DNA of 61,966 nt, counting the filler, from Anaerolineae bacterium (GTDB lineage Bacteria; Chloroflexota; Anaerolineae; Epilineales; Epilineaceae), in assembly GCA_029262755.1 (NCBI GenBank). It is 7 parts of 7 records of this genome, joined end to end, with 100 filler letters (N's around TTAATTAATTAA, not from the genome) between each part and the next. Parts side by side here need not be neighbours in the genome. Positions count along the whole stretch, not along the records: positions 42,052 to 61,966 come from JAJCYU010000176.1; 6 more parts are not named here. One strand, given 5' to 3'. The translations under genes were made by a program, and so were the position numbers. The notes below the pieces were generated by a model. The model was not told the origin of the DNA. It saw only the letters and a program-made list of their open reading frames with translations, and searched no databases. Position 1 is the first letter of the stretch, and every line of letters begins with the position of its first letter. Positions 59,101 to 61,966 of this stretch are shown here, piece by piece.

Positions 59101-59624
59101 ACCGCGACCAGCCCTCGGTGGACCGCCCCGGCCGCAGCTACTTCGGCCAGGGCCTGCTCTTCGGCTTCGGCCTGGAGGGCGTCAACGAGGATACCGGCCA
59201 CGACACGCGCATCGACGTGCTCAGCGCCGTGCGCGCTTGGTTCACCGACGAGATGACGGTCGGCGTCCAACCGAGCATTCAGCCGGCCTATCGTGTGACC
59301 TACATACAGGCGCTGGCCACATCCACCAACGGTGGACCGGCCACGCTCTATCGGGTCGACTTCGGGGATGGAAGCGGCATCTTCGAGACCGATGAGATCA
59401 ACGGCGAAGGCGCCGCGACGGTGGGGCACGTCTACACCGAGCCCGGCACCTACACCGTGACGGTCGAGGCGCGCAACGGTCTCTGGACGCGCAACGTCGG
59501 CACGGCCGAGGTCGTGATCGAGGCGGGTCCGGAGTATGCGGGGCCGGTCGACGAGACGCCGGACATCTACCTACCCTGGACCGCGGCCAACGCGGTGATC
59601 GGGGACGGTGTGGACGGGCCGTAG
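56121..59624 (+). CDS. Exported S8 subtilase, paralog 2
   Basis: Signal peptide; SMDGG / HGVHTAGTTAG / GTSMASPHVAG; FSSRGP, KPEIAAPG; PA and PKD-like domains; ends IYLPWTAANAVIGDGVDGP. Confidence 0.93.
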   Translation: MRLTLLAVLMTALLFATPAAAAPAAQPAPTDGPVAADHSHRVIVQLTTPSLAELAASGVVARDALFNAEGLLDVDSPVALDHLATIANEQAAFVALLDKHVPGAQIARYVDEHGASRALRTRIVLNSVTVEAGLNADVDALERAILGLPGVRGVDRDARNDPDMYDSIDLVNAPAIWDHEDAGGVDSAGSGVRVASMDGGVHHAAAMFDGEGYDMPAGYPLGYVENTNGKIIVSRAYFRSWDPPQPDDDTSWPGAFGTSHGVHTAGTTAGNRIDVHFPGAEEMEEPETISGVAPKAHLMSYRVFYSSVNGIGSFYNAEGIQCLEDVVIDGAQVLNNSWGGGPGSVGGEFDSLDTALINAWESGVFVSMSNGNAGPNPGTGDHPTSSAYINVAASTKGSFYASVGFDVTAPEPVSDTLKGMPYGTAGFGPQVPVGETVGPFKYMPAINVDPANFEGCAPFPDDSFTEMAAVISRGACNFTTKVINAQNAGATFVVVHNDEARGDATMGMGGADPEVAIPSIFIGYGNGQRVIAWHGDHGEEAEFTLDNRFYKVSSWDEDEGATAPDQIANFSSRGPGAGNTLKPEIAAPGVAIMSAGYAPASGEDRHLGYGQVGGTSMASPHVAGAAAMLRQIHPDWSNDAIKSALMSTSKYIDIVNQNGTPAQPLDMGAGRLDLANAADPGVILSPPSLGFGMVVTGTTGAMTIEVTNITDEAETYSLGVIDTRGGFDAIVPLAGVSLSAESLNIGAGETASLDVEWDSTMGGYGDQQGYLVLDGEMHQAHVPLWVRVAHPPAEAEVLILDNDGSSVDAAMADYTGVYTAALEAMDLAYDVYEVDAQDGANRIPPAGWLNQYPWVILQTGDNPGVNGPGGLGQNRLMEYANDGGRIAVFGQDAAAVLGSNANDGGSFFFNVALGANWLADSVSGNAVFTDTVQVLTGVPGSPLDGMALDVSATGDGAGNLSSIDMLEFSDDGVYDNPLALLHFAQGGGVVAGGYRDQPSVDRPGRSYFGQGLLFGFGLEGVNEDTGHDTRIDVLSAVRAWFTDEMTVGVQPSIQPAYRVTYIQALATSTNGGPATLYRVDFGDGSGIFETDEINGEGAATVGHVYTEPGTYTVTVEARNGLWTRNVGTAEVVIEAGPEYAGPVDETPDIYLPWTAANAVIGDGVDGP

Positions 59625-59767
59625 CTGCGGGAACCGCGGGCCGGACGTAGGTTCGCGGGACATACAGGTCGGTAGTCGGTAGTATGTAAGTCCAAGCGGA
59701 CGGCGAATTCAGCACCATCGCCGCACGGTTTCAAGAAGTGGTAGTGGCAGCAACGAGACAGCAAGCT

Positions 59768-59802
59768 CGAACGGGGAGGCGCGGCACCGGCCTCCCCGTT
59801 CG
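59768..59802. terminator. 13-bp inverted repeat downstream of subtilase 2
   Basis: CGAACGGGGAGGC-N9-GCCTCCCCGTTCG; weak U tract. Confidence 0.5.
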
Positions 59803-59872
59803 CTTGTCGTAGGCCGGGTCACGGTGCGCACGAGTAGGTCGATCGAATCGCGGACATGGCAGTCGTGCGTAG

Positions 59873-59997
59873 TGCAGTGGTGCAGTGGTGCAGTGGAGGG
59901 CGAGGCGAACGCGACAGGAACGCACTGCCGAGAATCACGTGGGCGTGTTCGACGAGGGTGCGGGAGCGACAGTGCGGGAGCGACGGTGCGGGAGCGA
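59873..59997. repeat. Two short direct-repeat arrays: (TGCAGTGG)x3 and (GTGCGGGAGCGAC[A/G])x3
   Basis: 59873-59896 and 59958-59997 (third 14-bp unit partial), intergenic, upstream of the last gene. Confidence 0.85.
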
Positions 59998-60073
59998 GCG
60001 TTCGTAGCCGTGTACGATCCGACGCGCCCGCCGACGCTGGCATCACCCCAGGGGCTCGGTTATGCTCGCGCGC

Positions 60074-61966
60074 ATGATCGATATACGCGTACTGCGCTTC
60101 CCCGTCCATCCGTTCGCTCTCGGCTTCGCACTCACTCTCGCTCTCGTCCTGGCCCTCGGGTTGGCGATCGTGCGCGAGCCGCGCGCCGGCATGCTGCGTG
60201 CGCAGCCCAACACGCCCGGCCCGCCGGCCACCGCCGTGCGCTCGCCGACTCCCGAACCTTCGCCGACGCCCGTCGATCTGATTGTGGACGGGCGGCGCGT
60301 CGAGCTGGGCGGCGAGCATGTGTTTCAGCGGATCGTCGTGCGCAATCGGGGTCGGATCGAGATCCAGCCTTACAGCGGGACCGATTCCACGGGGCAGCTG
60401 ACGTTGCGTGCCGAGCACATCGAGCTCGACCGCAGCTCGTCGATCTTGGGCGTCGGCTTCGGCTATCGCGGCGTGCCGCGCAACGTCGGTGAAGGGCCCG
60501 GCGGCGGTGAGGGCGGACGGCGCACCGTGGACGGCGGCGCCGGCGGCGCATACGGCGGCACCGGTGGCGACGGCGTGCTCGACGGCAGCCCGACGGTCGG
60601 CGCACGCGGCGGCCGGCCCTACGGCACCGCTGGCGGGCGCGATCTGGAGATGGGTTCCGCGGGCGGCTCGCCGGGAACGGCGGACGGCGACGACGCGGCG
60701 GCGGGTGGCTCCGGTGGCGCGGCGGTCACGCTGATCGCGGACACGGTCTTGATCACGGGCACGATCGAGGTGGACGGCGAGGAAGGCCGGGTGTCGGCCA
60801 ACGACTCCGGCGGCGGCGGCGCGGGCGGCGGCGTGATGATCGTGGCCTGCCACCTTGAGCAGACGGGCCGAATCACCGCCGACGGCGGCATCGGCGCCGT
60901 CAGCGACGACGGCGGCGGCGGCGGCAGCGGCGGGCGCATCAAGCTCTTCCACGCCACGGGCAGCGTAAGCCAACGTGCGCTGAGCGCCGATGGCGGCCGC
61001 GGCGACGGCAACGGGCGGCGCAACGACGGCGGCCGCGGGTCGATCCACGTGGAGGAGCTGCCGCCCTGCGGCCCGCCGACGCCGACGACCACGGCTACGC
61101 CCTCGCCGACGTCGACTCCGACCGTCGGGCCGACCCCGACGGCAACGTCGCCCGCCACCGCGACGCCCACGGTCACCCCGACGGCGCTGCCAACGGCGAC
61201 AGCGACCGTCACGCCTTCGCCGACCGCTACGCGTACGCCTGCGCCGGTCTGGCTTCCGCTCGCCCTACGTGAGCGCTGCCCGAAGGAGACGGCGCGGCCG
61301 GTAGCCGTCGCGCTCGTGCTGGACACGTCCACGAGCATGGGCGGGCCGACGCGCGACGGCCGGCCGAAGATCGACGCGGCGGTGGAGGCGATGCGCGTTC
61401 TGGCCGGCCTGCTGGAGGGCGCGGCGGGCGGCGGGCATTCGATGGCATTGGTGACCTTCAACGCGCGGGCGGACGTAGTGGTGGCGCGGACGGATAACTC
61501 GGGCGATATCGCGCGGGCGCTTGGGCAACTGGCCCTGGCGCGAGGCTCACGGCTCGACCTGGGTATCGCCGCGGGCACGGCAGCGCTCGCGGCCGAACGC
61601 GCCGAAGGTCAGCCTCCCGCCGAGGCGCGCTTGCTCGTCGTGACGGACGGTCTGCCACCGCCGGAGCACAACGAAGCGTCGGTGGCAGCAGGCGCCGCGG
61701 CACGTGCGCGCGGCGTGCGCATGGACGTGGTGGGTATCGGGGCGGACGTGGACGGCGCGCTGCTCGCGCGCGTCGCCGGCGTCGACGACCCGTCGGGCGC
61801 CCGAGGCGCGTACCACGAAGCACCGGATGCGGAGGACCTCGCGACGCTCTTCGACGGCCTGCGCTTTGTCCCACGCCCATGCGGCGGAACGCCGGTGTGG
61901 CCGAACGATCGCAGGGGCGAGGCTCGTGCGGGCGAGGCTCGTGGGGGCGACGATGGCCGGGGCGAC
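60074..61966 (+). CDS. Exported glycine-rich-domain, PT-linker, LP-motif, VWA protein; no stop within window
   Basis: Manual translation (not in ORF track): MIDIRVLRFPVHPFALGFALTLALVLALGLAIV...GGGGAGGGVMI...GGGGSGGRIKL...PTATRTPAPVWLPLALRERCPKETARPVAVALVLDTSTSM...VVTDG...PRPCGG. Confidence 0.85.
   Translation, partial: MIDIRVLRFPVHPFALGFALTLALVLALGLAIVREPRAGMLRAQPNTPGPPATAVRSPTPEPSPTPVDLIVDGRRVELGGEHVFQRIVVRNRGRIEIQPYSGTDSTGQLTLRAEHIELDRSSSILGVGFGYRGVPRNVGEGPGGGEGGRRTVDGGAGGAYGGTGGDGVLDGSPTVGARGGRPYGTAGGRDLEMGSAGGSPGTADGDDAAAGGSGGAAVTLIADTVLITGTIEVDGEEGRVSANDSGGGGAGGGVMIVACHLEQTGRITADGGIGAVSDDGGGGGSGGRIKLFHATGSVSQRALSADGGRGDGNGRRNDGGRGSIHVEELPPCGPPTPTTTATPSPTSTPTVGPTPTATSPATATPTVTPTALPTATATVTPSPTATRTPAPVWLPLALRERCPKETARPVAVALVLDTSTSMGGPTRDGRPKIDAAVEAMRVLAGLLEGAAGGGHSMALVTFNARADVVVARTDNSGDIARALGQLALARGSRLDLGIAAGTAALAAERAEGQPPAEARLLVVTDGLPPPEHNEASVAAGAAARARGVRMDVVGIGADVDGALLARVAGVDDPSGARGAYHEAPDAEDLATLFDGLRFVPRPCGGTPVWPNDRRGEARAGEARGGDDGRGD

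Overview
High-GC bacterial DNA, most consistent with a Chloroflexota (Anaerolineae-like) draft genome or MAG. The taxonomy is inferred from a DUF1670-type regulator tail, a CAD-like PyrC and recurring C-terminal [IV]YLP-type motifs. The window is not contiguous: seven contigs are joined by six artificial 100-bp spacers (N44-TTAATTAATTAA-N44), so adjacency across spacers means nothing. Housekeeping content: greA, murE, topA 3' end, pyrC-pyrB-pyrF-pyrE plus a ferredoxin, clpS-clpA, a TrmJ-like methyltransferase and an M16C peptidase. Accessory content: a DUF2157/DUF4401/GDYXXLXY trio, a GT2/GT4/Wzm surface-glycan region, a STAND-TPR-HTH regulator, a hybrid kinase coupled to an apparently dead beta-lactamase-fold protein, and many large exported proteins (beta-propellers, tandem S8 subtilases, a Tat GH38-like enzyme, VWA adhesins). 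The strongest lead is a short non-transmembrane hydrophobic-hydrophobic-L/F-P motif found in eight exported proteins, often after a Pro/Thr linker. In two otherwise unrelated proteins it is followed by RxRC, a VWA domain and a terminal Cys, suggesting a surface-sorting or assembly system with a mobile Cys-clamped VWA cap. Also seen: several leaderless-type promoters, a candidate uORF coupled to clpS, and a possible greA attenuator. No rRNA, tRNA, CRISPR array or mobile element was recognised.
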